DNA from: an uncultured Solirubrobacterales bacterium
Lineage (GTDB): Bacteria > Actinomycetota > Thermoleophilia > Solirubrobacterales > Solirubrobacteraceae
Assembly: GCA_963746645.1 (NCBI GenBank)
Contig: CAVVBQ010000005.1
Coordinates: 1,864,279-1,928,278, forward strand
Direction of reading: 5' to 3'
DNA length: 64,000 bases
Shown here: positions 36,862 through 46,423 of the stretch, one piece after another
How positions within the stretch are numbered: position 1 is the stretch's first letter
Layout: each line of letters begins with the position of its first letter
Translations under genes and position numbers: made by a program
Notes under the pieces: model-generated
Database searches by the model: none
Told to the model about the DNA's origin: nothing
What the model saw: the letters and a program-made list of their open reading frames with translations, nothing else

Positions 36862-38253
36862 GTGAACAGCATCCTGGAGAACCGTCAACTCAAGAGCCAG
36901 CTTCCTCCTGGCCCGAAAATGCCCGCGACCTGGCAGACCGTCGCCAGTTGGACCCGACCCACGGTCGGCCTACTGCGCGCGCGCGCGCGCTACGGCAAGC
37001 GCTTCACCGTCCGCTTCCTCGGACAGCCACCATTCGTGATCCTGTCGAACCCCGATGAGATCAAGGAAGTCTTCCAGACGCCGCCGGACGTCCTGCACCC
37101 CGGCGAGGGCGCGCGCATCCTGGAGCCGATCGTCGGCCCCAACTCGGTGATCCTGCTCGACGAGGCTCCCCACCTGGAGCAACGCAAGCTGCTCTTGCCG
37201 GCCTTCCACGGTGAGGCGATGCAGAGCCTCGCCGGACTGATGAGCGAGCTGACCGAACAAGAGCTGGCCAGCTGGCCGCGCGAGCAGCCGATCGCCTTGC
37301 ACCCGCGCCTGCAGCGACTCACGCTTGAGATCGTGCTGCGTGCCGTGTTCGGGCTGGAGCGGGGCGCACAGCTCGACAGGCTGCGCCAGCTGCTGACAGA
37401 AGTGCTCGAGTTCGCCGAGAACCCGATCTCTTTGCTGCCGTTCGCTCAACGCATGCTTGCCGGGCGCGGACCGATGGGCCGCCTTGAACGGCTCGGCGAG
37501 GAGGCCGACGCGATGATCTTCGAGTTGATCGACGAGCGTCGCCGCGCAGGTGGAGGCGGCCCCGACGTGCTCGCCCTGCTGCTTTCCGCCAAGCACGAGG
37601 ACGGCTCTGAGATGAGCCACGCCGAGCTGCGCGACGAGCTCGTGACAGCCTTGGTCGCCGGACACGAGACCACCGCCTCACAGCTGGCTTGGGCGTTCGA
37701 GCAACTCGCCCGGGACCCACGTGTCGTGGCGCGGCTGCAAGAGGAGATCGCAGACGGCGAGGACGACGCTTACCTGACTGCCACGATCCACGAGATTATG
37801 CGCCGCCGCCCGGTGCTGATCAATGCCGAGCCGCGCCTTGTCAAGAAGCCGGTGAGGATCGGCGGCATCGAGTACCCGCCCGGCGCCGTCCTGATCTTGA
37901 GCGCCCACCTCGTCCACCACGATCCCGTCATCTACCCCGACCCGTTCGCGTTCCGTCCCGAGCGGTTCATGGAGAGCGAGGGTGGACAGGCGCCGGGGAC
38001 GTACACGTGGCTCCCCTTCGGCGGAGGCCGCAGGCGCTGTCTCGGCGCGAGCTTTGCAATGCTCGAGATGAAGATCGTGCTGCGGGCGGTGCTCGAGGCG
38101 AACCTGTTGGTAGCGGTCGGCGACCAGCCCGAGCGGCCGCGCAGACGCTCCATCACAATCAGTCCTTCGCGTGGGTGCGAAGTCATATTGCGGGCACGCC
38201 CGAACGTGGCGGTTGAACGAGGACCAGCAGAGCAAGTCCCTGTGCTTGTCTGA
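36862..38253 (+). CDS. cytochrome P450
   Basis: I-helix AGHETT, ExxR (EIMR), heme motif FGGGRRRCLG. Confidence 0.95.
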   Translation: MNSILENRQLKSQLPPGPKMPATWQTVASWTRPTVGLLRARARYGKRFTVRFLGQPPFVILSNPDEIKEVFQTPPDVLHPGEGARILEPIVGPNSVILLDEAPHLEQRKLLLPAFHGEAMQSLAGLMSELTEQELASWPREQPIALHPRLQRLTLEIVLRAVFGLERGAQLDRLRQLLTEVLEFAENPISLLPFAQRMLAGRGPMGRLERLGEEADAMIFELIDERRRAGGGGPDVLALLLSAKHEDGSEMSHAELRDELVTALVAGHETTASQLAWAFEQLARDPRVVARLQEEIADGEDDAYLTATIHEIMRRRPVLINAEPRLVKKPVRIGGIEYPPGAVLILSAHLVHHDPVIYPDPFAFRPERFMESEGGQAPGTYTWLPFGGGRRRCLGASFAMLEMKIVLRAVLEANLLVAVGDQPERPRRRSITISPSRGCEVILRARPNVAVERGPAEQVPVLV

Positions 38254-38381
38254 TCGCACGCGTTGACAGCAGGACCCGCTCTCGTTTGACATGAAGCCGG
38301 GTCGGGTACCACCGCTAGACCAGTCCAGGCGCGGCGTAAAGGGGTGCTCGCCTGACAGTCAAGCGCAGCAGGGAGGCAGAG

Positions 38382-39356
38382 ATGGTCGGTCGGCTTCGGT
38401 TTCACATGAGCCTGTTCGCGGGCTTTGTCGTGCTCGCAGCGGTACTTGCGGCGATTTGGCTTGCTCCCGCCGCCGGGGCGTACGGACGTCACCATGGCCA
38501 ACCTGCGCGCGGCGGGCCCCCACACGGGGGACTGCCTCATAAAGGCCCATTTCCCGGGAAACCGCCTCACGGAAAACCGCCACACCCAATTCCACCAGCA
38601 CCCAGCTATCTCGCGCTCGGCGACTCGCTTGCGTTTGGCTACTCCCAGGCGAAGTTCAACAGCCTCTTCCCGAACGAGAACCCCGCCGCCTATAACACCG
38701 GCTACGTCGATGACTTCGCTCACCTGCTGCGCATTGGCCACCCAAATCTGCAGGTGATCAACGACGGCTGCCCCGGTGAGACGACCGAATCGTTCATCAA
38801 GGGACCGTGCGAATACCAGCTGGCTTTCCCTCTGCACCACCCCTATGTCGGCGGGCCAACTTCATCGCAGCTCTCTGACGCCCTCACCTACTTGCAGGCC
38901 AACCCCAACACCGGCACTATCACGCTCGACATAGGTGCCAATGACGCGCTCGGCGTGATCGAGCACACGTGCGAAAAGAACGTGGAATGTGTCATCAAAG
39001 AAGCACCCGCTCTGTTTGCGCATATCGGCGCGAACCTCGGCCTGATCTTGGCCGACCTACGGGGCGCCGACCCTCACGCCACGATTGTTGTACTGGGGCT
39101 GTACAACCCATTCGGCGAAAAGCTGCCTGGTGGAAACACCTTGACGGCACAGCTCAACGAAGTTATGAAGCAGGTCTCTGCAACGGTCAGCGCGCGCTTT
39201 GCCAATCCATTGCCGCTGTTCAATCCGCCAGGCGCGCTTGAAGAACCGACAATCTGCTTGCTCACAAACATGTGCACGCCGCTCGAAGACATTCATCCCA
39301 CCGACCTCGGTTATGCGGTGCTCGCAGGAGTGATCGCCAAGCAGTACTTCTTCTGA
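38382..39356 (+). CDS. secreted SGNH/GDSL hydrolase
   Basis: Signal peptide, His/Pro-rich linker, LALGDSL, IGAND, DIHP. Confidence 0.9.
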   Translation: MVGRLRFHMSLFAGFVVLAAVLAAIWLAPAAGAYGRHHGQPARGGPPHGGLPHKGPFPGKPPHGKPPHPIPPAPSYLALGDSLAFGYSQAKFNSLFPNENPAAYNTGYVDDFAHLLRIGHPNLQVINDGCPGETTESFIKGPCEYQLAFPLHHPYVGGPTSSQLSDALTYLQANPNTGTITLDIGANDALGVIEHTCEKNVECVIKEAPALFAHIGANLGLILADLRGADPHATIVVLGLYNPFGEKLPGGNTLTAQLNEVMKQVSATVSARFANPLPLFNPPGALEEPTICLLTNMCTPLEDIHPTDLGYAVLAGVIAKQYFF

Positions 39357-39358
39357 GC

Positions 39359-40561
39359 TCAGTGCGGCGGCGCGGGGGCAGGTGAGCCCCCGTGCCTGAC
39401 GCGCTCGCGCACGTCGGCGTAGCGCGTAACCTCGTACAGGATCAGCAGACTCAACACGAAGGCGAGGATCGCAAGCGTCGCAAGCGAGGAGATCTCAAGG
39501 GCGAGTGTGATCGGTACCAAAGCCAGTAGCACCAGCGCACACACCAGTCGTCGTCCGCTGAGCGAATGGGTGTTGCGCAGGCGGAAGGCGACGTGCGCGA
39601 GCAGGTAGGTGGCCGTTCCGCCGAGCAGGGCCGCGGTGGGCACCAGCTTGAGGGGAATACTGTCGCCCTCCAACGTGATCTTCAGGCCGACGGCGAGTAG
39701 GGCGATCCCGGCGACCATGGGGAAGTGCAGATAGGAGTAGGAGTCGCGTGCAAGTTCGTTGCGTACGCGGCCCTCCTCGCTATTTGACAAGCGCCGCTCG
39801 GCGACGAGCGCGGTGACGTCGAAATAGGCCCACCACAGCGTCGCCGCCACAATCACGCCGAGTACGGCGGCCACGATGGCACTAGTGCTGATGGTGGCAT
39901 GGGCGCCCACGCCGAGCGCCACGATCGACTCGCCCAAAGCGATCAGCACGATCAAGCCATGACGCTCGGCGAAATGACCGGGCACTAGCTTCCAGCCATC
40001 CGCGCCGAACAAGAAAGGCCCGCCCATGTCGAGCACCAAGGCCAGCCCCCACAATGCCAGCTGCAAAGCACCACCGGTAAACGCCGCGATGAACAGCAGG
40101 CCAGCGCCGATCGCGGTGCTGTAGGCAAGACCGGCAACCGAATGGCGCAGAGCCGGATCGTCGCGTGAGGCGATCGCGAACAACGCGATGTGGGCGGTCC
40201 GCACGACGGCGTAGGCACACGCGAACAGGAGTGCCTCGCCGCCGAAGGCCCCTGGTACACACAGAGCGGTCACGAGCATGGCTGCCATCGCGGTGAAGAT
40301 CACGAGCCGCACGCTGCCCTCCTCGGGATCGACGACGCTCGTCAACCATGCATAGCCCGTCCAAGCCCACCACAGCATGCCGAGCACGAGCAGGCCTTTG
40401 AGCAAGCCGATCCAGGTGGGAGTGCGCGCCATCAAGGTCGTGCACTGGGTCAGCGCGAGCACGAACACGAGATCGAAGAAAAGCTCCAGCGGCGTGACCC
40501 GCTCGCCTTCGCGCATCACGGCCGTGAGCCTTGGCGTGCGCCTTTCAGAGACAGTGCTCAC
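39359..40561 (-). CDS. ltrA: low temperature requirement protein A family
   Basis: VTPLELFFDLVFV, HFAERHGLIVLIALGES. Confidence 0.9.
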   Translation of the reverse strand: MSTVSERRTPRLTAVMREGERVTPLELFFDLVFVLALTQCTTLMARTPTWIGLLKGLLVLGMLWWAWTGYAWLTSVVDPEEGSVRLVIFTAMAAMLVTALCVPGAFGGEALLFACAYAVVRTAHIALFAIASRDDPALRHSVAGLAYSTAIGAGLLFIAAFTGGALQLALWGLALVLDMGGPFLFGADGWKLVPGHFAERHGLIVLIALGESIVALGVGAHATISTSAIVAAVLGVIVAATLWWAYFDVTALVAERRLSNSEEGRVRNELARDSYSYLHFPMVAGIALLAVGLKITLEGDSIPLKLVPTAALLGGTATYLLAHVAFRLRNTHSLSGRRLVCALVLLALVPITLALEISSLATLAILAFVLSLLILYEVTRYADVRERVRHGGSPAPAPPH

Positions 40562-40603
40562 ACACCCATCTTCGCAAGCCTCGCAATCCCCTACGCTTGA
40601 GCG

Positions 40604-41401
40604 ATGAACCTCGCGGGCGCCACAGCGCTCGTCACTGGAGCCAATCGCGGTATCGGCCGTGCCCTGGTCGAGCGACTCAGTGAGCTGCCCCTGCGCAGTG
40701 TGCTTGCGGGCGTACGCTCGATAGAAAGCTTTCAGCAGCTGCCACCCTCGTCCGGCGGAGCCCAGACCGTGAAGGCAGTCCGGATGGACCTCTCCTCACA
40801 AGCAAGCATCGAGGAGTGTTGCGATCAGCTTGGAGATGAGCTAGGCCAGATCGACCTGCTGATCAACAATGCAGGCCTGATGACCGGCGGGCTGCTCGAG
40901 GAGCAGGCGATGGAGGAGGTGTACGCGATGTTTCAGGTCAACCTGGCTGGGGTCGCGCACCTCACTCAGCGCGTGCTTCCGGGAATGCTTCAGCGCCACA
41001 CTGGCACGATCGTGAACAACGCCTCTATAAGTGGCTATGCCTACTTTCCCGCCGCCAGCACGTATGCGGCGTCTAAGGCCGGCGTGGTTGCTTTCACCGA
41101 ATCGCTGCGCCGCGAGCTGCGGGGTACCGGCGTGCGCGCCATGCACCTGGTGACCCCGGGGGTGGCGACCGAGATGTTGACAGTTACCGATGAAGTGTAC
41201 GGACGCCACATGGACACCTCTGGGTGGGATCGGATACCGGTGGGCGATTGGGCCGGGAAGGTGGTGAGTGCAATCGAAGCCGACCGGCGAGTGCTCAGGC
41301 CGGGCGGGCGCTCAGAGCTTGCGAAGCTCGCAGCCCATGGTCCTACATTCCTGCTCGACGCAATCACCACACGCCTGTTCAACAGACAACCACGCCGCTG
41401 A
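40604..41401 (+). CDS. short-chain dehydrogenase/reductase
   Basis: TGANRGIG, NNAG, YAASK. Confidence 0.9.
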   Translation: MNLAGATALVTGANRGIGRALVERLSELPLRSVLAGVRSIESFQQLPPSSGGAQTVKAVRMDLSSQASIEECCDQLGDELGQIDLLINNAGLMTGGLLEEQAMEEVYAMFQVNLAGVAHLTQRVLPGMLQRHTGTIVNNASISGYAYFPAASTYAASKAGVVAFTESLRRELRGTGVRAMHLVTPGVATEMLTVTDEVYGRHMDTSGWDRIPVGDWAGKVVSAIEADRRVLRPGGRSELAKLAAHGPTFLLDAITTRLFNRQPRR

Positions 41402-41423
41402 GGCCAGGCTCCTGCGGTAAGCG

Positions 41424-42665
41424 CTACGCGGCCATGCCGGCCCCGCTGAGCGCTCGCTCACGAACGGGCAATGCGGAGCTCCTCGCGAGCAGCTCCGGCT
41501 TGCCCAGCACAACCTGAACATCGCGGATACGCCGCTCGGCGAAACCAGCCTCGCAGTAAGCGAGGTAAAGCGTCCAGATACGCCTGAAACGCTCGTCATA
41601 GCCGAGGTTGGCGAGCTCCTCGACATTGCGCTCGAAGTTTGCACGCCAGTGGCGCAGTGTGTGGACGTAGTGGTCGGTGATGTCCTCCACGTGGACAATC
41701 ATCATGTCGGTGCGCCGCTTGACGCTGCTTGCGATTACTTGCATCGATGGTAGGCACCCGTTCGGGAATATGTAGGTGTTCATGAAACTCCTGGAGGCCT
41801 TCTCGACGTCGTAGGCGCGGTCTTCGATCGCGATCGCCTGCAACAACATTGCTCCGTCAGGCTCGAGCAGCTCCGAGCAGCGAGCGAAGAAAGTGCCGAA
41901 GTGCCGCCAGCCCACCGCCTCGATCATCTCGATCGAGACGAGCTTGTCGTAGGTCCCGTGTAGATCGCGGTAGTCCTCGAGCAATACGTCCACGCGATCC
42001 TGAAGGCCGGCACGATGGACCTGCTCGAGCGCATAGCGCTGCTGCTCGCGCGAGATCGTGGTGGTGGTAACACGGCAACCGCGCGTGCGGGCGGCATACA
42101 GCGCGAAGGCTCCCCAGCCGCTGCCGATCTCAAGCACATGGTCATCGGACTGCAGGTCGAGCTTCTCGCAGACGCGCTCCAACTTGGCAAGCGCCGCTTC
42201 TTGCAGTGTCATGCCTGGGCGCTCGAACAGGGCACACGAGTAGGTCATGCTCGAGTCGAGCATCAACTCGAACAACTCGTTGCCGAGGTCATAGTGAGCA
42301 GCAATGTCGCGGCGACGACGTTGGCGCGTATTGCGGCTGGTAAGTGCGCGAGCGCGTTGCATCGGAACCAGCAATGGCGCGAGCGCTTTGCGAAAACCGT
42401 CGAGACCGTGGGCGTTACAGGCGGCGACCCTCACGACACTGACCGGATCGGGCGAATCCCACAGCTGCTGCGCATATGCCTCGGCTAGGCCGTTACTGCC
42501 CCGCAGCAGCTTGCGCCATACGAGTGGAGAGCGCACGTCGATGGTGGCCGCGGGCGCACCCACGCCGAAGGTAAGCCGCCGGCCTTCCTCGACAACCGTC
42601 AGGCTCCCCGCGCTAATGCGGCGTAGAAACCAGTGTGCGATCGCGCGCGAGAGCCGTACGGTCAT
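41424..42665 (-). CDS. cfa: cyclopropane-fatty-acyl-phospholipid synthase-family SAM methyltransferase
   Basis: IAAHYDLGN, MTYSCA, VLEIGSGWG, SIEMIEAVG, YIFPNG. Confidence 0.9.
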   Translation of the reverse strand: MTVRLSRAIAHWFLRRISAGSLTVVEEGRRLTFGVGAPAATIDVRSPLVWRKLLRGSNGLAEAYAQQLWDSPDPVSVVRVAACNAHGLDGFRKALAPLLVPMQRARALTSRNTRQRRRRDIAAHYDLGNELFELMLDSSMTYSCALFERPGMTLQEAALAKLERVCEKLDLQSDDHVLEIGSGWGAFALYAARTRGCRVTTTTISREQQRYALEQVHRAGLQDRVDVLLEDYRDLHGTYDKLVSIEMIEAVGWRHFGTFFARCSELLEPDGAMLLQAIAIEDRAYDVEKASRSFMNTYIFPNGCLPSMQVIASSVKRRTDMMIVHVEDITDHYVHTLRHWRANFERNVEELANLGYDERFRRIWTLYLAYCEAGFAERRIRDVQVVLGKPELLARSSALPVRERALSGAGMAA

Positions 42666-43426
42666 GCGGGGCCGGCACCGACGTGTGCATACACCGGCAC
42701 ACCCTTAAGCTTCAAGAGCGCGGCCTGTGAATAGATCGCGACGAGCGTGCACAGTGTGGTTTTCCGCAACTTGCCAAGCGCGGCGCGCGTGAGCTCGCGC
42801 CGGCGCAAGGAGAGCGTCGCATCGAACGCAACTCGCCCTTCGCGACTGCTCGAGATGTGGACAGAGAGCATCTGCGCCGGTGCGGTCAGGCGCCACTCGT
42901 AGCGGTGATCCATCCCCATGAAGGGGGACACGTGCAAAGCCTTGGCAAAACCACCAGCCAGCACCGGACTGTGAGCGTCCTTGGGCGCCCGCTCCTCGTC
43001 CCTGGAACCCGCTTGGAGAACGTAGGTGTGGCGTTCACCCCACGGCGTGTTGGTGACCTCCGCCACGACGGCATCCACCTCGTCACCTGCGCGATCCATG
43101 CAGTAGTAGAAGCTCACAGGGTTGAAGCAATGGCCCAGCGCGCTCAGGTTCGCCAGTAGTCTGATCGGCCCCTGCGGTCTCACCCCCGCCTGTGCCTCAA
43201 CGGTGTCGCGCACCACATCTTGAAGCGGCGTGCCTGCGTCGCCGAGATAGTCACAGCGGCGGAAACGGATCGAGCTTGGGGTGCGGGCGAGCAAGCGCCC
43301 GTCGAGCAGGCCCGGCAGCTCGTCGAGGTCAATGTAGGCGAGCGCGAGCCGCTGGCGAAACTCGTGCGAGCGCACGGCAAAGCGCCGGTGACGCACCGTT
43401 CCTTCGTAGATCGCACTGGCACTCAC
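42662..43426 (-). CDS. DUF1365 protein
   Basis: GTVRHRR, FNPVSFYYC, EVTNTPWGERH, KALHVSPFM. Confidence 0.9.
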   Translation of the reverse strand: MSASAIYEGTVRHRRFAVRSHEFRQRLALAYIDLDELPGLLDGRLLARTPSSIRFRRCDYLGDAGTPLQDVVRDTVEAQAGVRPQGPIRLLANLSALGHCFNPVSFYYCMDRAGDEVDAVVAEVTNTPWGERHTYVLQAGSRDEERAPKDAHSPVLAGGFAKALHVSPFMGMDHRYEWRLTAPAQMLSVHISSSREGRVAFDATLSLRRRELTRAALGKLRKTTLCTLVAIYSQAALLKLKGVPVYAHVGAGPA

Positions 43427-44667
43427 AGCCGTGCTCCGAAGCGCTCAGCCACCGCGAGCCCGCTGACGACACCGTCCTCGTGAAAGCCCCATCCCCAGTA
43501 GGCGCCGCAGTAGTTGGTGCGGTTGCGGCCGCTTATCTCAGGCCAGCGCGCCTGTGCCCGGACACCAGCAGCTGTGTAGACCGGGTGGGCGTAGGGGATT
43601 GTGCGAATCACCTTGGCCGGGTCAATCTCTTCGGTGCGGTTGAGTGTGACGCACAGCTCGCGGTCAGCCTTCAGCGATTGCAGACGATTCATGTGGTAGG
43701 TGACAGTGGCGCGATCGCTGGGCTGTTCGAGCAGGTGGTAATTCCAGCTCGCCCACGCACGGCGGCGGTGAGGAAGCATGCGCACATCGCTGTGGAGCAC
43801 CGCCTCGTTGCCCTGGTAGGGCAACGCACCGAGTATTTCCCGCTCGCGGTCGGTGGCATCGGCAAGTAGTGCAAGCGCCTGGTCGGAGTGAGTCGCGATC
43901 ACGATCTCATCGAAGCGCTCCGCCTCTCCTACGCGCGAGGTCACAAACACCCCCTCGTCACGACGTTCAATCCTGTGGGCCGGGGTGGCAAGCCGCAATC
44001 GCTCGCGCCAAGGGTGGACGAGCGCCCGCACATATCGCTCAGAGCCACCGGTAATCGTGCGCCAGTGCGGGCGGCCGCGCAGGGTGAGCATCCCATGGTT
44101 GTCGAAGAACTCCACGAGGAACCGAGCCGGGAAGCTCCACATGTGCCGTGGGTCGGCCGACCATACGGCACACACCTGCGGCACGATCAGACGTTGCACG
44201 AATGCTTCGGAGAATTCGTGCTGCGGCAGCCACTCGCCAAGTGAGGCGTCCCCGCTCCCGCCATTCAAGAGTTCGCGGCCTGCGCGGTTGAAGCGCAGCA
44301 AGTCGGAGATCATGCGATGAAACCACGGCTTAACGAGGTGTGCCCGCTTTGCGAACAGGCCATTCGGTGACGCACTGCTGTACTCGAAGTCGCCGATCCC
44401 ATCGCTCACGCCGAAACTCATATTCGAGGGTTGGGACTCGACTCCGAGCCGGGCCAATAGCCGTTCGAAGCTCGGATAGTTACGGTCGTTGAACACCATG
44501 AAGCCCGTGTCCACGTCAAGCGTCCGATCGGGCGTGTCCACCCGGATCGTGTTGGAGTGGCCGCCCGCGCGATCCCCTGCCTCGAACACCACGATGTCGT
44601 GATCGCGGTGAAGCAGATGGGCGGCAACCATGCCGGAGATCCCACATCCGGCGATGGCGATTCTCAT
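43423..44667 (-). CDS. FAD-dependent oxidoreductase (amine-oxidase-like, cfa-linked)
   Basis: GCGISG Rossmann motif, GGHSNT, VDTGFMVFN, ASWNY, WGFHEDG. Confidence 0.9.
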   Translation of the reverse strand: MRIAIAGCGISGMVAAHLLHRDHDIVVFEAGDRAGGHSNTIRVDTPDRTLDVDTGFMVFNDRNYPSFERLLARLGVESQPSNMSFGVSDGIGDFEYSSASPNGLFAKRAHLVKPWFHRMISDLLRFNRAGRELLNGGSGDASLGEWLPQHEFSEAFVQRLIVPQVCAVWSADPRHMWSFPARFLVEFFDNHGMLTLRGRPHWRTITGGSERYVRALVHPWRERLRLATPAHRIERRDEGVFVTSRVGEAERFDEIVIATHSDQALALLADATDREREILGALPYQGNEAVLHSDVRMLPHRRRAWASWNYHLLEQPSDRATVTYHMNRLQSLKADRELCVTLNRTEEIDPAKVIRTIPYAHPVYTAAGVRAQARWPEISGRNRTNYCGAYWGWGFHEDGVVSGLAVAERFGARL

Positions 44668-44721
44668 TGTGGAGCCGAAGTACGCATCTCCTAAGTTATT
44701 CGCGGGAGAGACCCGCGCGGA

Positions 44722-45387
44722 TCAGGCCACGGTGGCGAACTGCCTATCCACACCGTCGAGCAACCCCCAGTTACCGCCCAACGCGGCAGTGGCACGCTCG
44801 ACCATGCGATCGGCCTGCGCGGCGGCCTCGTCCTCGTCGCCACTCATCAGCTTCGCGATCAGCTCACGCGCATGACGGGCGTGCTCGACGTCGAGCGTGG
44901 CATGCAGCTCGAAGTACTCAACCGCAGGGCCTTCTGGGCTGTAGCCATAGCGCTCGACGAGCCCGGCTAGCTTCGTCTTAGCGATCTCGGGCTGGCTTGC
45001 CTCGATCGCATAGAGGACCGCCAAATGCTCCAGTACATCCTCACCGGCAGTCCAAGCTTGCACGCAGTGCTCGGTCTCGTTCAAAGCCTCATCGCGCGAT
45101 GCCTGATCGCCCGCAACCGCTGTCACCGTCGCGAACTCGTCCCACAGCGCAATGTGGGACTGCTCCTCGGCGGCGTGGCGCTCGAGACCGGCGCGAAGCT
45201 CTGGGTCAGCCTTGGCGGCGACGCTGTGCGATGCCTGCGCCAAAGCCACGACGGCATGGCGGTACTCGCCCGCATAGAACCCGAGCTCCTCGGCGCTGAG
45301 CTCGCCGGCGGACCAGCGCTGGTAGAAGGGGTGCTCGAGCACGTTGCATTCGCGCCTGGCCTGGTCGATCCTGGCAATTACATCCAT
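44722..45387 (-). CDS. CADD/PqqC-like heme-oxygenase-fold diiron enzyme
   Basis: LEHPFYQRWSAG, EYRH, EEQSH, LYAIE, YFELHATLDVEH metal ligands. Confidence 0.8.
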   Translation of the reverse strand: MDVIARIDQARRECNVLEHPFYQRWSAGELSAEELGFYAGEYRHAVVALAQASHSVAAKADPELRAGLERHAAEEQSHIALWDEFATVTAVAGDQASRDEALNETEHCVQAWTAGEDVLEHLAVLYAIEASQPEIAKTKLAGLVERYGYSPEGPAVEYFELHATLDVEHARHARELIAKLMSGDEDEAAAQADRMVERATAALGGNWGLLDGVDRQFATVA

Positions 45388-45495
45388 CGCACGGCTCCTT
45401 CTGGTTCGTTGATCTGGAAGAGCGCCCAAGGGCGCGGGCAGGGACTCCCGGAGCGGGAAGTATTGCGTGCGCTCCGGGCGCCAACGGCCGCGGAC

Positions 45496-45783
45496 TTATG
45501 CGGCGGCGGGATGGGCCTGTGCCCAGGCGGCAATCTCGTGTGAGCCGTCGACGACGGTGCCGTCATCGAGCACCAAGGTCGGCACCATACGGTTACCGGT
45601 GAGGCGCTCGACCTCCTGGCGACCTTTAGTCATATTGAGGGCTTTGGGCATGATCCCCAACCCGTAGGACTTGACCACCTCGGGGTCATAGCCAGCCTCA
45701 CGCAAAGCCTCATGCGCGTTCCTACAAGGGTGTCCCCCGGGGCGGGGTGACTTGAACAGTCCGTAGCAGACGTAGAGCTTCAT
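45496..45783 (-). CDS. glutaredoxin/GST N-terminal-like small protein
   Basis: HPC...AL...LTGNRMVPTLVLDDG...GSHEI thioredoxin-fold pattern. Confidence 0.75.
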   Translation of the reverse strand: MKLYVCYGLFKSPRPGGHPCRNAHEALREAGYDPEVVKSYGLGIMPKALNMTKGRQEVERLTGNRMVPTLVLDDGTVVDGSHEIAAWAQAHPAAA

Positions 45784-45793
45784 CCGATCCTCC

Positions 45794-46375
45794 TTATTGG
45801 ACGGTGAGCTTGCCTTCCATGCCAGCCGCTCGGTGTCCTGGAACAGAGCAGTAGAAGACGTAAGTGCCCGGCTTGAGGTTGAGTTTGAGCGTCTTTGATC
45901 CACCTTGGAAGGTGGGCGTAGCCCCGAGCACCTTGGTGCCCTGAGCGATCGTGATGTTGTGCGGCAAGGGCGACATGTTGGCGAAGCTGATCGTGACGGC
46001 ACCAGCTTTCGTCGACAGGTTCTTGGTCGTGTAGCGCAGCTGGCCCGCAGGGTCGGCTTCCTCCTTCAAGGACGAAGTGCCCGAGCCCGATGCGGCTTCG
46101 CGGCCAGTCTGGGTGACTGGGGCAACTGTCGCCTCGGCACTGGATCCGCCCGAGGTCGCGACGGCCATCGAGACGGTCGCGAGCACGAGCACGACCGTGA
46201 TCGCGATCACAGCGCGCTGACCGCCCAAGGTGCTTGGGAAGTTGGGATTGCGCGAGCCGATGCCGAGCGAGAGGATCAAGGCCCAAGCCACTAGCAAGCC
46301 GCCCGCTATGTAGTACGGCACCTTGCTTTTCTCGGCCGCGAGGACCGGGGCAATGTGGACGATCGTTGCATGCAT
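45794..46375 (-). CDS. membrane-anchored plastocyanin/azurin-like copper protein
   Basis: Two N-terminal TMs; HNITI...YVFYCSVPGHRAAGM type-1 Cu ligands. Confidence 0.85.
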   Translation of the reverse strand: MHATIVHIAPVLAAEKSKVPYYIAGGLLVAWALILSLGIGSRNPNFPSTLGGQRAVIAITVVLVLATVSMAVATSGGSSAEATVAPVTQTGREAASGSGTSSLKEEADPAGQLRYTTKNLSTKAGAVTISFANMSPLPHNITIAQGTKVLGATPTFQGGSKTLKLNLKPGTYVFYCSVPGHRAAGMEGKLTVQ

Positions 46376-46423
46376 TCCGCGCGCGAGCCTAACCGATCCT
46401 CCGGTGGGTATGCTCTCTCGCCG

